A stretch of DNA of 64,000 nt from an uncultured Thermoplasmatales archaeon (GCA_964467345.1 CAYXPY010000007.1:11868-75867); one strand, 5' to 3'. Positions 26,900-36,344 are shown, counted from the first letter of the stretch. The notes: a model not told the origin generated them from the sequence alone. Program-made: numbers and translations.

Positions 26900-27304
26900 A
26901 TGATTCATTATTGCATGACATACCATATTCCATCCGATGATGATATTCTGGATGTGGTGGATAAGGTTTTTCAGAAGTATCATACCGTAACATCTCAACA
27001 TAAGTTGAAAAAACTCGTTGAGAAAGAGCTACAGATAAAGAAAAAACATTACCGCGTGAGTGAACCACGTCTACGGTCGCTTCTACTAAACAGCGGCAAA
27101 ATCCAAGTCGAGATTCGCACAAGAGAAGGTGACCCGGATAAGATCCTGCATAAATGCCCTGTGTGTGGAGGAGGATTACAGCGCGTTAAGAATCAGACCA
27201 TTTATGGTGGAGAGGTGACATTGGAGTTACGATGCGACATCTGTGGATATTGGACTGGGAAAAAAAAGAAAATACCGACGTTATATATCTTCCATTTGAA
27301 ATAA
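26900..27304 (+). CDS. Hypothetical protein with C-terminal zinc-ribbon (CPVCGG...CDICG)
   Basis: ORF only. Cys pairs spaced as a rubredoxin-like knuckle. Confidence 0.4.
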   Translation: MIHYCMTYHIPSDDDILDVVDKVFQKYHTVTSQHKLKKLVEKELQIKKKHYRVSEPRLRSLLLNSGKIQVEIRTREGDPDKILHKCPVCGGGLQRVKNQTIYGGEVTLELRCDICGYWTGKKKKIPTLYIFHLK

Positions 27305-27390
27305 ACGTTCTTCGTTGTCAATTTTGCTGGTTCATTTTTTAATAATACTGTATGAAAAAAAAAAGGGTCTGTTAGTTGAGGTATCGATGG

Positions 27391-27840
27391 CTAGGACTGT
27401 TTTTTTCGTTCGGAAAGATCTTTTTCCAATCTGCTTATTTCACTTTCCAGCTGCATCAAACCAAGATCGACACCCATATCTTTCATGACACTTATGTTAT
27501 CATCACCAAGTTTATTGCGTATTTCCTTAATAAAGAAATGACCTGCGTTTTCGCCTAATGAACGATTCATTGAATCGATAATAGAGTGGATTGCATTTCC
27601 CAACTGGGTTGGTGGTACTTTATTAATATCTGACATGACGCTGATAACATCACCTGATTCTTCCTTATAGAAATCGGTGTTGATATGAATGTGTTTCAGA
27701 AACCTGTACTGAGTTTCCAAACGTTTCATAAGATCTTCAATCGTCATCACCGCATAAGGGAAATCGGTTTTTCTACTCGAAATTGAAATCAATGTTTTTA
27801 ACACGTTCTTCATGATTTCTGATTTTTCTGGTGACGACAT
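27391..27840 (-). CDS. Hypothetical protein carrying one copy of the repeat domain found in triplicate in the 13236 protein
   Basis: FPYAVMTIEDLMKRLETQYRFLKHIHI...QLGNAIHSIIDSMNRSLGENAGHFFIKEIRNKLG...KDMGVDLGLMQ aligns with each repeat of 13236..14441. ORF-track start is a TTG; ATG (MSSPEK) with GGAG upstream preferred. Confidence 0.55.
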   Translation of the reverse strand: MSSPEKSEIMKNVLKTLISISSRKTDFPYAVMTIEDLMKRLETQYRFLKHIHINTDFYKEESGDVISVMSDINKVPPTQLGNAIHSIIDSMNRSLGENAGHFFIKEIRNKLGDDNISVMKDMGVDLGLMQLESEISRLEKDLSERKKQS

Positions 27841-28027
27841 ACTCCATCTCTTTTCTGTTCTAGTTGATTCTTTTCCCAAATATGATAAAACAAAAATGCC
27901 CTAGAGATAATTAAATTTTTGGTAAGAAGATGGTTCTTTTCATCGGTATTTTCAATTTTTTTGTCGAAAGATATTTATCATAATGGATGATATCTTCTAA
28001 GAGAAAATAAAGGAGGGATGAACCGGT

Positions 28028-28453
28028 ATGAAGAAAGTCGTATTAGGTGTTGTGACCGTTTTTATCTGTTTAGGTGTGTTACTAAGCGGGTGTCAAGATA
28101 CAAGTAGCGTAAAAACAAAGCAGATTCCAGAAAATGTGTCTCTTGAGGCAACAATAGTAGAGTTTGCAAACGTGACTTTTGAGAAAAATCTAAATGATAC
28201 CGATGGAACTCAATACGTAACGGTTGGTTGGTTGTTCCATAACATCGCAGGTAGAGTAATCAGTGCACGTATCGACGTGAAGTTCTATGATGAAAATGAT
28301 TTCTTGCTTTATAATGCTACAAAATACATAAACAATATACCCATTGATTTCACTGAACGAATGATGCAAGAATCAAACAAAGTATCATATAGGGGAAAAA
28401 ACGCTGCCATGGTTGACCACGTGGTTATTTTTGTTAGTGAAATAACCGTCTAG
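28028..28453 (+). CDS. Putative lipoprotein, hypothetical
   Basis: MKKVVLGVVTVFICLGVLLSGCQDTSS: signal peptide with lipobox-like LSGC. Confidence 0.5.
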   Translation: MKKVVLGVVTVFICLGVLLSGCQDTSSVKTKQIPENVSLEATIVEFANVTFEKNLNDTDGTQYVTVGWLFHNIAGRVISARIDVKFYDENDFLLYNATKYINNIPIDFTERMMQESNKVSYRGKNAAMVDHVVIFVSEITV

Positions 28454-28847
28454 TATGTTGTTTTCTATTTGATAAAAAAGAAATACAACTACTATTTATT
28501 ATAATTACTTCGATTCTTTTTTTTTAGAACTCATGAACAATTCAAAGATAGAACAGGGAGAGAACTGATATAGTAGTGAGAAATTTATTACTATAGAGAA
28601 GTATATATTTTGTATCACCAGTGTTACATAATGAATCGACGTTCTCCCTCAACTCACCATCGTTATGATACGAGAAAAATATTCTAAAGTTCAAAATGCC
28701 CTCATCTTTTCGTTTTTGAGAACGCATTTTATGTAACTAATATGGTTCATGTAAGTATTTTTATAACATATGTGATACAAAAAATATATCTTTATACTTA
28801 GAACAGATGTATAAGAAGCGCATTAACAAAGGAGGGGAAAAAAACCG

Positions 28848-29060
28848 ATGCTCGAGGAACGAGGGATACGAAAAGGAACCGAAGTGCTTGTGAGAAACCC
28901 TGACGTTCCGAATCGTCCTGCAAGAAAAGCAGTTGTTATTAGAACTTATCCTCGTCCTAGCAGATGGTTCGTCATACGATATGAAAGTGGAGATATAGCC
29001 CAGGTCGAAGAAGACCAAGTAACAACGATGTTTGAAGAATACAAAAAGGGATTGTTTTAA
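28848..29060 (+). CDS. Small hypothetical protein (70 aa)
   Basis: Strong GGAGG RBS 8 nt upstream. The opposing 116-aa ORF looks non-coding. Confidence 0.45.
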   Translation: MLEERGIRKGTEVLVRNPDVPNRPARKAVVIRTYPRPSRWFVIRYESGDIAQVEEDQVTTMFEEYKKGLF

Positions 29061-29061
29061 T

Positions 29062-29442
29062 TTAAAACCGCTTCTTGTTTTCTCGGAGACCTTCAACGAT
29101 TTCCTTACCAAAATCAGTCAAACGATATAGTTTAATATCTCGGTGTTTGCCACCTTCTATTTGCTCAACAATATGCAAACTAATCAGAGATTCATCATCA
29201 CGATAACGGGTGTTCATACCACGAATCGCACCAATGACATTCGTTGGTGTGGTCTTAACACTAAAGGCTATCTCAGAGGTATAACTCCCGCTTGGACTAA
29301 TCTCAAAGAGATACTCCGCAATTTTCTTCCGTACGCTACTTCTCCGAAGTGATCGTATAATGAGTGGCTTTAAAATCTCTGGAGAAACCGCTGCTGTTGT
29401 TCCATCTTGCATCCCATCCACTAATCCCACATAGGGAATCAC
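29062..29442 (-). CDS. Putative winged-helix DNA-binding protein
   Basis: RSSVRKKIAEYLFEISPSGSYTSEIAFSVKTTPTNVIGAIRGM... helix-turn-helix-like pattern. Divergent from the secreted 29608 gene. Confidence 0.35.
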   Translation of the reverse strand: MIPYVGLVDGMQDGTTAAVSPEILKPLIIRSLRRSSVRKKIAEYLFEISPSGSYTSEIAFSVKTTPTNVIGAIRGMNTRYRDDESLISLHIVEQIEGGKHRDIKLYRLTDFGKEIVEGLRENKKRF

Positions 29443-29607
29443 AAGGTGATTAATAAGCTAATCGATTTTTAGATGATATAAGAAAAAGCAAGATACCGAA
29501 ACTTTTCCTTTTTTTTCCAGACAACGATACAATGGCAGTATGGAAAAAATATTTAAAGGCAAACATTATATTTAGTATACCATTATTTAAATGGGGAGGT
29601 AGAAAAT

Positions 29608-31374
29608 ATGAAGAAACAACTATATAGAAAAAGTATAGTCGTAGGACTTTTAGTCCTGTTTTTTGGAGCAAGTGTCATCCCTGCAGCTATTACCATGACT
29701 CAAATATCAAAAATCGCCCCATTACCAGGCGATCGAGGATTTTTACTCATCCCAGACTCCACGGCAAAATCTGTCGGGATGTACGATCCTTTTGAGGGGA
29801 CCTATCTAGGTGACCTTATCGTCGATACAACACGCTTTTCAACCCCTATCAACGCGGTTGTAGGACCTGATGGGGACATTTACGTCTCTGATCAAGTCGC
29901 TGATTCTGTATTTGTATACGACATAGCCGGAAATTACCTCTACACGTATGCAGATAGTAGTGATGGTCTAGATAACATTCGAGGCATAGCCTTCAGAGGT
30001 ACTGAACTGTTCATTTCAAAGGGTGGTACACCAAAATGTATCGCACGATTCTCTGGCCCACACACCAGACTACCCGATTTCATCGCTGATGGAATCGATC
30101 CCTTCGACATCCTTTTCCTCCAAGATGGACGATGCCTTGTCGCTGATATCGAAGGATCAACAGATAATGTCCGTCTGTATAACTATGATGGAGTATTAGA
30201 ACAAATACTCTTCCAGGTAAATTTCCCAGAGCAAATCCAATTCGACAGTCTCGCACCTGGTGCCTTCCTCACTGCAGCGTTCTCCGCGAATGTAATTCAA
30301 GACTTTGAACTGGATGGCACAATCGTCGAAAGCACACCTTATAGCTCAGGCAGAGGTGTCTTCCGTCTTGGAAACGGCAATATCCTCGCAACCTCATCAG
30401 CAGGGATACAAGAGATCCAACCAGGAACCGGTTCTATCATCCAAACAGAAAAAACAGGTTCAGGGAGATTCATCGAGGTGTACTCAACAGGTGAAAACCA
30501 GCCTCCAAACACCCCGAGTAATCCAGACCCAACCGATGGTGAAACCGAGGTTGCATTAGATAAAACCTTAACCTGGATGGGAGGCGATCCAGATCCAGGA
30601 GATTATGTCACCTACGATGTGTATTTCGGGACAGAAAGCTCTCCACCACAAGTCGCTAGCAATATATCAACCGCAGCCTACACTCCTGAAGACATGATGT
30701 ATAACGAGCATTATTACTGGAGAATTGTCTCCTGGGACAGCGCCGGTCTCACAGCAGAAGGCCCTGTTTGGAACTTCTACACCCTCACCGATGTCGAACC
30801 ACCGACTAGCCAGCACACTTTAGATGGAACAATGGGACAGAACGACTGGTATATCAGTACTGTCACCATCACCATACAAGCAACAGATGATGTTTCTGGT
30901 GTTGATGCAATCTTCTATAACATCAATGATGGAGAATGGACAGAGTATACCGAACCAATCGAAGTCGATGAGGATGGTGACTATACGTTTGAGTACTATG
31001 CCATCGATAATGCAGGTAATGAGGAGACACCAAACTCAGGGACCTTTAAATTAGACAAGACTGCCCCAGTGATCAACACATTCACTGCGACAGCGCAAAA
31101 CGCTCTGAAAACAAAATGGCTACTTGAGGCAGATGTAACTGATGCAACCAGCGGTATCGTCCTTGTAGAGTTCTACGCAGATGATGCCATAGTAGGAAAT
31201 GTCACCACACCACCCTATGAGTTTTTAGTCGAATCAAAAATCAGTACCGCACAATGTATCGTCTATGATGAGGCTGGTAACTCAAAGATGAGTGATGTGG
31301 TTACCTCATACGACTATGGAAGCCAACAACAGTACTACAACCTACTGCTGCTTCTCCAACAAAAACTACTCTAA
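29608..31374 (+). CDS. Secreted protein: signal peptide, beta-propeller-like region, fibronectin-III-like domain, C-terminal Ig-like module with Gln/Leu-rich tail (shared with the 1683-aa protein)
   Basis: MKKQLYRKSIVVGLLVLFFGASVIPAAIT. FN3-like NQPPNTPSNPDPTDGETEVALDKTLTWMGGDPDPGDYVTYDVYFG...YYWRIVSWDSAGL. C-terminus TLDGTMGQNDWYISTVTITIQATDD...DKTAPVINTFTATAQNALKTKWLLEAD...QQQYYNLLLLLQQKLL. Confidence 0.7.
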   Translation: MKKQLYRKSIVVGLLVLFFGASVIPAAITMTQISKIAPLPGDRGFLLIPDSTAKSVGMYDPFEGTYLGDLIVDTTRFSTPINAVVGPDGDIYVSDQVADSVFVYDIAGNYLYTYADSSDGLDNIRGIAFRGTELFISKGGTPKCIARFSGPHTRLPDFIADGIDPFDILFLQDGRCLVADIEGSTDNVRLYNYDGVLEQILFQVNFPEQIQFDSLAPGAFLTAAFSANVIQDFELDGTIVESTPYSSGRGVFRLGNGNILATSSAGIQEIQPGTGSIIQTEKTGSGRFIEVYSTGENQPPNTPSNPDPTDGETEVALDKTLTWMGGDPDPGDYVTYDVYFGTESSPPQVASNISTAAYTPEDMMYNEHYYWRIVSWDSAGLTAEGPVWNFYTLTDVEPPTSQHTLDGTMGQNDWYISTVTITIQATDDVSGVDAIFYNINDGEWTEYTEPIEVDEDGDYTFEYYAIDNAGNEETPNSGTFKLDKTAPVINTFTATAQNALKTKWLLEADVTDATSGIVLVEFYADDAIVGNVTTPPYEFLVESKISTAQCIVYDEAGNSKMSDVVTSYDYGSQQQYYNLLLLLQQKLL

Positions 31375-31449
31375 AGAACATAAAACCATGGAGTGATACC
31401 CTTCACTCCATCATCTATTTTTTTAACCTAGGTTTTTCTAAGATTAAAG

Positions 31450-31523
31450 TGGGCCAGGCCGGATTCGAACCGGCGACCTTCGCCGTGTGAGAGCGATGTC
31501 ATAACCAACTAGACCACTGGCCC
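31450..31523 (-). tRNA. tRNA-Val (anticodon CAC)
   Basis: Reverse complement GGGCCAGTGGTCTAGTTGGTTATGACATCGCTCTCACACGGCGAAGGTCGCCGGTTCGAATCCGGCCTGGCCCA folds as a cloverleaf. 7-bp acceptor stem. Anticodon loop CTCACAC. T-loop TTCGAAT. No encoded CCA. Confidence 0.8.
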
Positions 31524-31673
31524 TTTCTTCCATGAAAGGTATAAGTGTGAATTTAGGAGCCAGATAAATGCTTTTCGTTCAATTCGAGAGTTAGATCAAC
31601 TGTTACTAAGGAAAACCTTATCAAGTGTTATAAGGATAACAACTCCGGGAAATCAGATCCTGAGGGATTCTCG

Positions 31674-32048
31674 GTGGAAAAAAAGAAGTTTGTCAACTGG
31701 TTGAAAAAAAGAAAACAACCGGATGTGGAAAAACCAATCGTTAACAATCAAAAACAAGAACCTGAGTTCAAAGAAATACAAGAAGAAAGAATAGAAAAAC
31801 CCAAAGACCCGATTAAAGAATACAATGAAACCCTCTATTCCAAAGGATCTGCTCTAAAGCATCCAACAAAAGCGTCTCCAGAGAAAAAACAACCTGCAAC
31901 GCGAACAAGCTGGGAAAATGCAGAGATAATCGAAGAAAACATCGACAAGATGCGCCGAAAACACTCTGAACCAACAGATCAATGCACTCAACGGAAGCAA
32001 GATACCGATAAAAAAGTTGATTATATCCTTTTAAAGAAGAAAAGATAA
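31674..32048 (+). CDS. Lys/Glu-rich hypothetical protein
   Basis: ORF (GTG start in track). Low-complexity KE-rich composition. Confidence 0.3.
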   Translation: MEKKKFVNWLKKRKQPDVEKPIVNNQKQEPEFKEIQEERIEKPKDPIKEYNETLYSKGSALKHPTKASPEKKQPATRTSWENAEIIEENIDKMRRKHSEPTDQCTQRKQDTDKKVDYILLKKKR

Positions 32049-32118
32049 AACCTAACAGCCTTCTTAGAATCGGAGATTTTTTAAAACACGCATTCTTTTC
32101 GCTTTATAATATAATGGA

Positions 32119-32643
32119 TTGATTACAATGATAGCAGTTTTACGAATAGGGCATCGAATCGATCGCGACAAACGAGTAACCACTCATGTCGCACTGGTCG
32201 CAAGGGCTTTTGGTGCAGACATCATATATATTACCACGAAAGATGAGAAAATAAAAAAAAATATTCAGGAAGTATGCAAACGATTCGGTGGAACGTTCCA
32301 AGTAGTTACCGGTGTCGATCATAAAAAAATAATAAAATCATGGAATGGAGCTATTGTTCATCTCACGATGTATGGAGAAGAACTGCAAAAAGCGGTCGAC
32401 CAACTAGACCCTGCCCACAATCTACTTATTATTGTCGGAGCAGAAAAAGTCCCTCCGTATTTTTATGAGATTGCTGATCTGAATGTGTCAGTTGGGAATC
32501 AACCTCATTCAGAGGTTGCTGCGTTAGCCTTGTTTCTTGATCGTTTCACAAAATCAGCATGGCAGAGAAAACAATTTAATGGAAACATTCAAATTGTTCC
32601 CTGTGTTAAGGGAAAAAAGGTTCTTTCAAGGGAAAAAACATGA
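32119..32643 (+). CDS. trm56: tRNA (cytidine56-2'-O)-methyltransferase aTrm56 (SPOUT family)
   Basis: MITMIAVLRIGHRIDRDKRVTTHVALVARAFGADIIYI matches the conserved aTrm56 N-terminus (LRLGHR.ERDKR.TTHV.L.ARAFGA). Length ~175 aa. Confidence 0.75.
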   Translation: MITMIAVLRIGHRIDRDKRVTTHVALVARAFGADIIYITTKDEKIKKNIQEVCKRFGGTFQVVTGVDHKKIIKSWNGAIVHLTMYGEELQKAVDQLDPAHNLLIIVGAEKVPPYFYEIADLNVSVGNQPHSEVAALALFLDRFTKSAWQRKQFNGNIQIVPCVKGKKVLSREKT

Positions 32644-33161
32644 ATACGATTCCCAATCCTGGACAGTGCCTACAATTCTTACGAGATGCCGGATGCTCAG
32701 AGGAGGTTATTCGTCATTGTAAGGCAGTACGAAAAGTCGCAGTAAGAATAGCGAAGAAGGCTCATGCAAATATTGAACTTGTAGAAGCTGGTGCTTTGCT
32801 TCATGACATTGGTCGGTCGAAAACACAAGGAATCATGCATGGCGTCGAAGGAGCAAAAATCGCAAGAACGCTAGGGTTACCAGAAAGCCTGATAAACATC
32901 ATTGAACGGCACTTAGGCGCAGGGATCCCAAAGGATGAGGCAATTGAGTTGGGCTTACCTCCGAAAGACTATGTACCTGTAACACTAGAAGAAAAAATCG
33001 TTGCACACGCAGATAATCTCATTGAAAACGACCATGAACATCAGATTGAAAAAGAAGTTGAAAAAGCATTACAGAAAGGACATACGAAACATGCGGAGCG
33101 TCTTCTGCAACTCCATAAGGAACTGAGCAAACGATGCGGTATGGATTTGAACAACATCTAA
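32640..33161 (+). CDS. HD-domain phosphohydrolase
   Basis: ALLHDIGRS...HGVEGAKIAR...IIERHLGAGIP HD/HDIG motifs. ATGA overlap with trm56. Confidence 0.7.
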   Translation: MNTIPNPGQCLQFLRDAGCSEEVIRHCKAVRKVAVRIAKKAHANIELVEAGALLHDIGRSKTQGIMHGVEGAKIARTLGLPESLINIIERHLGAGIPKDEAIELGLPPKDYVPVTLEEKIVAHADNLIENDHEHQIEKEVEKALQKGHTKHAERLLQLHKELSKRCGMDLNNI

Positions 33162-33214
33162 GAAAGACACCCGAAAAGATATATAGCCTATCTGATATTT
33201 ACCTGAAAAAACCT

Positions 33215-33299
33215 GCAGGGGTAGCCAAGCATGGTCAACGGCGCAAGGTTGAGGGCCTTGTCCTGTAGAGGTCCGCGAGTTCAAATCTCGTCCCCTGCA
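33215..33299 (+). tRNA. tRNA-Leu (anticodon GAG), type II with long variable arm
   Basis: GCAGGGGTAGCCAAGCATGGTCAACGGCGCAAGGTTGAGGGCCTTGTCCTGTAGAGGTCCGCGAGTTCAAATCTCGTCCCCTGCA. 7-bp acceptor. Anticodon loop TTGAGGG. T-loop TTCAAAT. 13-14-nt variable arm. Confidence 0.8.
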
Positions 33300-33349
33300 C
33301 TATCTTTATCATTTTAACTAATATTCAATTTATTGTTGTGTAAAAAAAA

Positions 33350-34786
33350 TCATTGAAGGTCTTTTAGCTCTTCCTTTATGATACTATGGAGTTTCGTTTT
33401 CAGATTACTGGGTAAATCTGTTTTATAGATTTTAAAGAATGTTTTCCTTAAGTCATCCTCCCGTGCGATCGCCTCTGAGAGAAATCTTTTCTTAAATACA
33501 TCAATAAGATCCCCTTTCGTCCCGTTTTGATATGCAAGATAAAAGCCCAGTAATTGCTGGTCCCGAGCCTGAATGCTTTTCTCATATCGATCAACTTCGG
33601 GATTCAGACCGAATAGCGCATAATATTTCATGAACCGTCGAGATAGCATAGGCGTTAGTCCAACGGTTTTCAAATCAAAGCCATGCGCGAGTAAAAATAA
33701 ACTTAACCGGGCGCATTTATTGCACGAATGACACCAACGTTTCTGATTTGTATCATACAAACAATTGCATGAAAATTCATATTTTGCTAGTTCTGGATAT
33801 CGTGAAAAAAGGATTTTCATTTCTGCAATATCGGTGAGAGGTTCAATCAAGCTTAATACACGATAGTTGCTATTGAGATGCTGGAGTTTTTTTTGCTGTT
33901 GATGCCTTGCGATTGTTGTCTGATCATAGGACGGATAGCCGATAAAATTCTGCTTTGTTTGAAAAGAAAAATTCATATTTTGCTGATTCCCAAGCAGCAC
34001 CATCGACCCGTTGTTATGCAGAAACGGTAAGGCAAGAAAACAAAAACCTGTGATCATATGAGAATACCCTAAACAGGTTGGTTCTTTATCCCAGGTCTCG
34101 AAATCATTAAGCTTCTCTATGTTATTTGTTACTACGTCAATATGAATATCCACCTGTTTCTGAATCTTTTTGACGGTTTGAAGTGAAACACTGTTTTCAT
34201 AAGGTGTAGTGGTATCATTGATATGAATAGGTTTTACATCAAGGTCAAGTTCCTGCGCGAACCCCAAAGTAAGCAAACTATCTTTCCCACAGGAGAGAAG
34301 AACAACCGCACCATCAGCAGCGATTGCCTCTGCTTCTATGATACTCTCTGCTGCAAAGGAGTGCTGGATATTTCTGAAACGCTCCATTGTTTCAAACGTA
34401 TCAAGATCATAGTCGTCTGCGATTCCAGGTATTTGATGTAAAATTATTTCCTTAACCTGATTTTCAAAAAGAGGTTTCGGTGTGTTGTATGTGATAGTAT
34501 TGATCCCTGCAATCAGAGGCATGGTGGCTGTGGAGATGAAACCAAATTCCTGAGTAAAAAAGTCCTTCAATCTAGAGGGAAAAATGTCCCATTTGTCTTT
34601 TGGAAAAACCAACTGATATTGTCTTTCTTTATAATGAATAGCCAAACCACGTGCGGTTTTTTTGATTACGATGTTGTGAATGTCCTTATTCTTTTCAATT
34701 TCAAGACATAAACACTCATTTATTTTTTTGTCTCCTATTTCAATTCCACCATAGATAAATTTACTATAGTAACTGTATAGATACAT
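33350..34786 (-). CDS. PP-loop-like ATP pyrophosphatase superfamily protein with C-terminal Cys cluster; function unknown
   Basis: AVVLLSCGKDSLLTLGFA resembles the SGGxDS PP-loop. C-terminal FSCNCLYDTNQKRWCHSCNKCARL Cys cluster. 478 aa, no close match to QueC/TilS-sized families. Confidence 0.45.
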   Translation of the reverse strand: MYLYSYYSKFIYGGIEIGDKKINECLCLEIEKNKDIHNIVIKKTARGLAIHYKERQYQLVFPKDKWDIFPSRLKDFFTQEFGFISTATMPLIAGINTITYNTPKPLFENQVKEIILHQIPGIADDYDLDTFETMERFRNIQHSFAAESIIEAEAIAADGAVVLLSCGKDSLLTLGFAQELDLDVKPIHINDTTTPYENSVSLQTVKKIQKQVDIHIDVVTNNIEKLNDFETWDKEPTCLGYSHMITGFCFLALPFLHNNGSMVLLGNQQNMNFSFQTKQNFIGYPSYDQTTIARHQQQKKLQHLNSNYRVLSLIEPLTDIAEMKILFSRYPELAKYEFSCNCLYDTNQKRWCHSCNKCARLSLFLLAHGFDLKTVGLTPMLSRRFMKYYALFGLNPEVDRYEKSIQARDQQLLGFYLAYQNGTKGDLIDVFKKRFLSEAIAREDDLRKTFFKIYKTDLPSNLKTKLHSIIKEELKDLQ

Positions 34787-34936
34787 CTCACTTAAATTTT
34801 GCCTATTTTTGTAACTTGTATTGATTCACAGATTTTTTTCTAAAAAACGAAAAAAGAAAATTATGAAAAAGAAAAGACAACCAACCCGTTTTCGAACTGA
34901 ATAGTACTTCACAGAATTAGTTCCTGGATTTCCAAT

Positions 34937-35103
34937 TAGTTCTGGGAATTTTCCGTGCTGGGTTCATAATCAGGACAGTTCTCCACACAACCACCCAGAG
35001 GTATGTCATTGCCCAAACGACATCGTTCACTTTCGATATACGCCTCTCCGTTCAATGTGACGGTTGGAACTCGATACTTTTCAAGAAATCTACATTTATT
35101 CAT
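34937..35103 (-). CDS. Small Cys-containing protein (55 aa), not in ORF track
   Basis: MNKCRFLEKYRVPTVTLNGEAYIESERCRLGNDIPLGGCVENCPDYEPSTENSQN. GGGGAGCGAAAGGG RBS-like run immediately upstream of the ATG. Below the 60-aa cutoff of the supplied track. Confidence 0.35.
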
Positions 35104-35232
35104 ACCCTTTCGCTCCCCGTATTACGTTTTGTAAAGAGGTTTCTGCTTAAAAATATACCTCATCAACACAGACCTACCTATTTTATGAAATCGATACCCT
35201 TATTATCTGCTAGTCTATCAAAGAAATGACCT

Positions 35233-36051
35233 ATGAAACCAACCCGTCGGTTTGTCTTTTTTCTCGAAACACTGTTTCCCTATCGATTCCTCGCAGCAAA
35301 GTTGACACGATTCCCAGTGCTACGAAACATCATCAATAAAATGTTGTTCGATCAAACAAACCTCACCATTCTACCAAAAGAATCCGTCATTGAAGTAAAA
35401 ATTAACAAAACGATGAAACCTCCAGACAGCACCGTACTCCCTTCTCAAGTTGTGGAACATTTTATACGAAAAACGAGTTATAGATTCATCATGAATTTCT
35501 GTCTCTGCAGAGAAGCGATGGACTGCAAGAACCACCCTATCGAATTAGGATGTCTCTTTTTAGGTGAGGCTGCCCGGGGCATCAACCCGGAGTTAGGACG
35601 GGAAGCAACAATAGAGCAGGCGTTGGAACATGTCCAGAAATGTCGCGACCAGGGGTTGATTCATATGATTGGTCGGGATAAAATCGATGAGACCTGGCTT
35701 GGTGTTGGATCCACAGGGCAGCTTTTGACCATCTGCAACTGCTGTAGTTGCTGTTGTCTTTGGAAGATGCTTTCTGAACTCGATCCACAGATTAGCTCCA
35801 AGGTAAAGCGGATGCCGGGGGTTGATGTTGCCGTTACGGAAAAATGCACGGGGTGCGGGACATGTATTGACTCTTGTTTCGTTCATGCGATAGCAATTCA
35901 AAATGGGAAAGCGATCATCGATGACACGTGCAAAGGTTGTGGACGATGTGCAGATCGTTGCCCAAATAATGCCATCCAAGTCTCAATCAACGACGAGCAG
36001 TTCATCAAAAAAACAATCGATCGAGTCGAATCATCAGTTGATGTGCTTTAA
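35233..36051 (+). CDS. Iron-sulfur protein: N-terminal Cys-rich domain (CNCCSCCC) plus two 4Fe-4S ferredoxin-type motifs
   Basis: CTGCGTCIDSC...AI and CKGCGRCADRCP ferredoxin motifs. Unusual CNCCSCCCLWK and FCLCREAMDC segments. Confidence 0.6.
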   Translation: MKPTRRFVFFLETLFPYRFLAAKLTRFPVLRNIINKMLFDQTNLTILPKESVIEVKINKTMKPPDSTVLPSQVVEHFIRKTSYRFIMNFCLCREAMDCKNHPIELGCLFLGEAARGINPELGREATIEQALEHVQKCRDQGLIHMIGRDKIDETWLGVGSTGQLLTICNCCSCCCLWKMLSELDPQISSKVKRMPGVDVAVTEKCTGCGTCIDSCFVHAIAIQNGKAIIDDTCKGCGRCADRCPNNAIQVSINDEQFIKKTIDRVESSVDVL

Positions 36052-36344
36052 ATTGAAAAAATAAAAAGAGTTCTGATGCAACGATTTTTAAAAAAGTATG
36101 AATCGAAAGGTCATTTGAAAGAATCTACGCAGTGCAAAATAAGTTTTATCTTTGATAAAACCTGATTTAATATTCTTTTATTATTTTGTAGTTTTTGTTC
36201 TGCAATTCCTGGTTTATATAAAAAATAAAAGGCCTATGAGATTGTTATCAGAACTCCAGTAGTTCCTCTTTATGTACATGAAGATTTATATACTACCTCT
36301 TACTGTATTACTTGTATTTATTATTTCGGACGAGGTAATAATTT

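Noticed and set aside
27391-27879. ORF-track start (TTG at 27879) for the single-repeat domain protein
   Set aside because: TTG start with no RBS. An in-frame ATG 39 nt downstream with GGAG upstream gives an N-terminus that aligns with the repeat unit, so 27840 is preferred.
33069-33284. 71-aa minus-strand ORF covering tRNA-Leu
   Set aside because: Overlaps a well-formed tRNA cloverleaf and the 3' end of the HD gene. No RBS or motifs.
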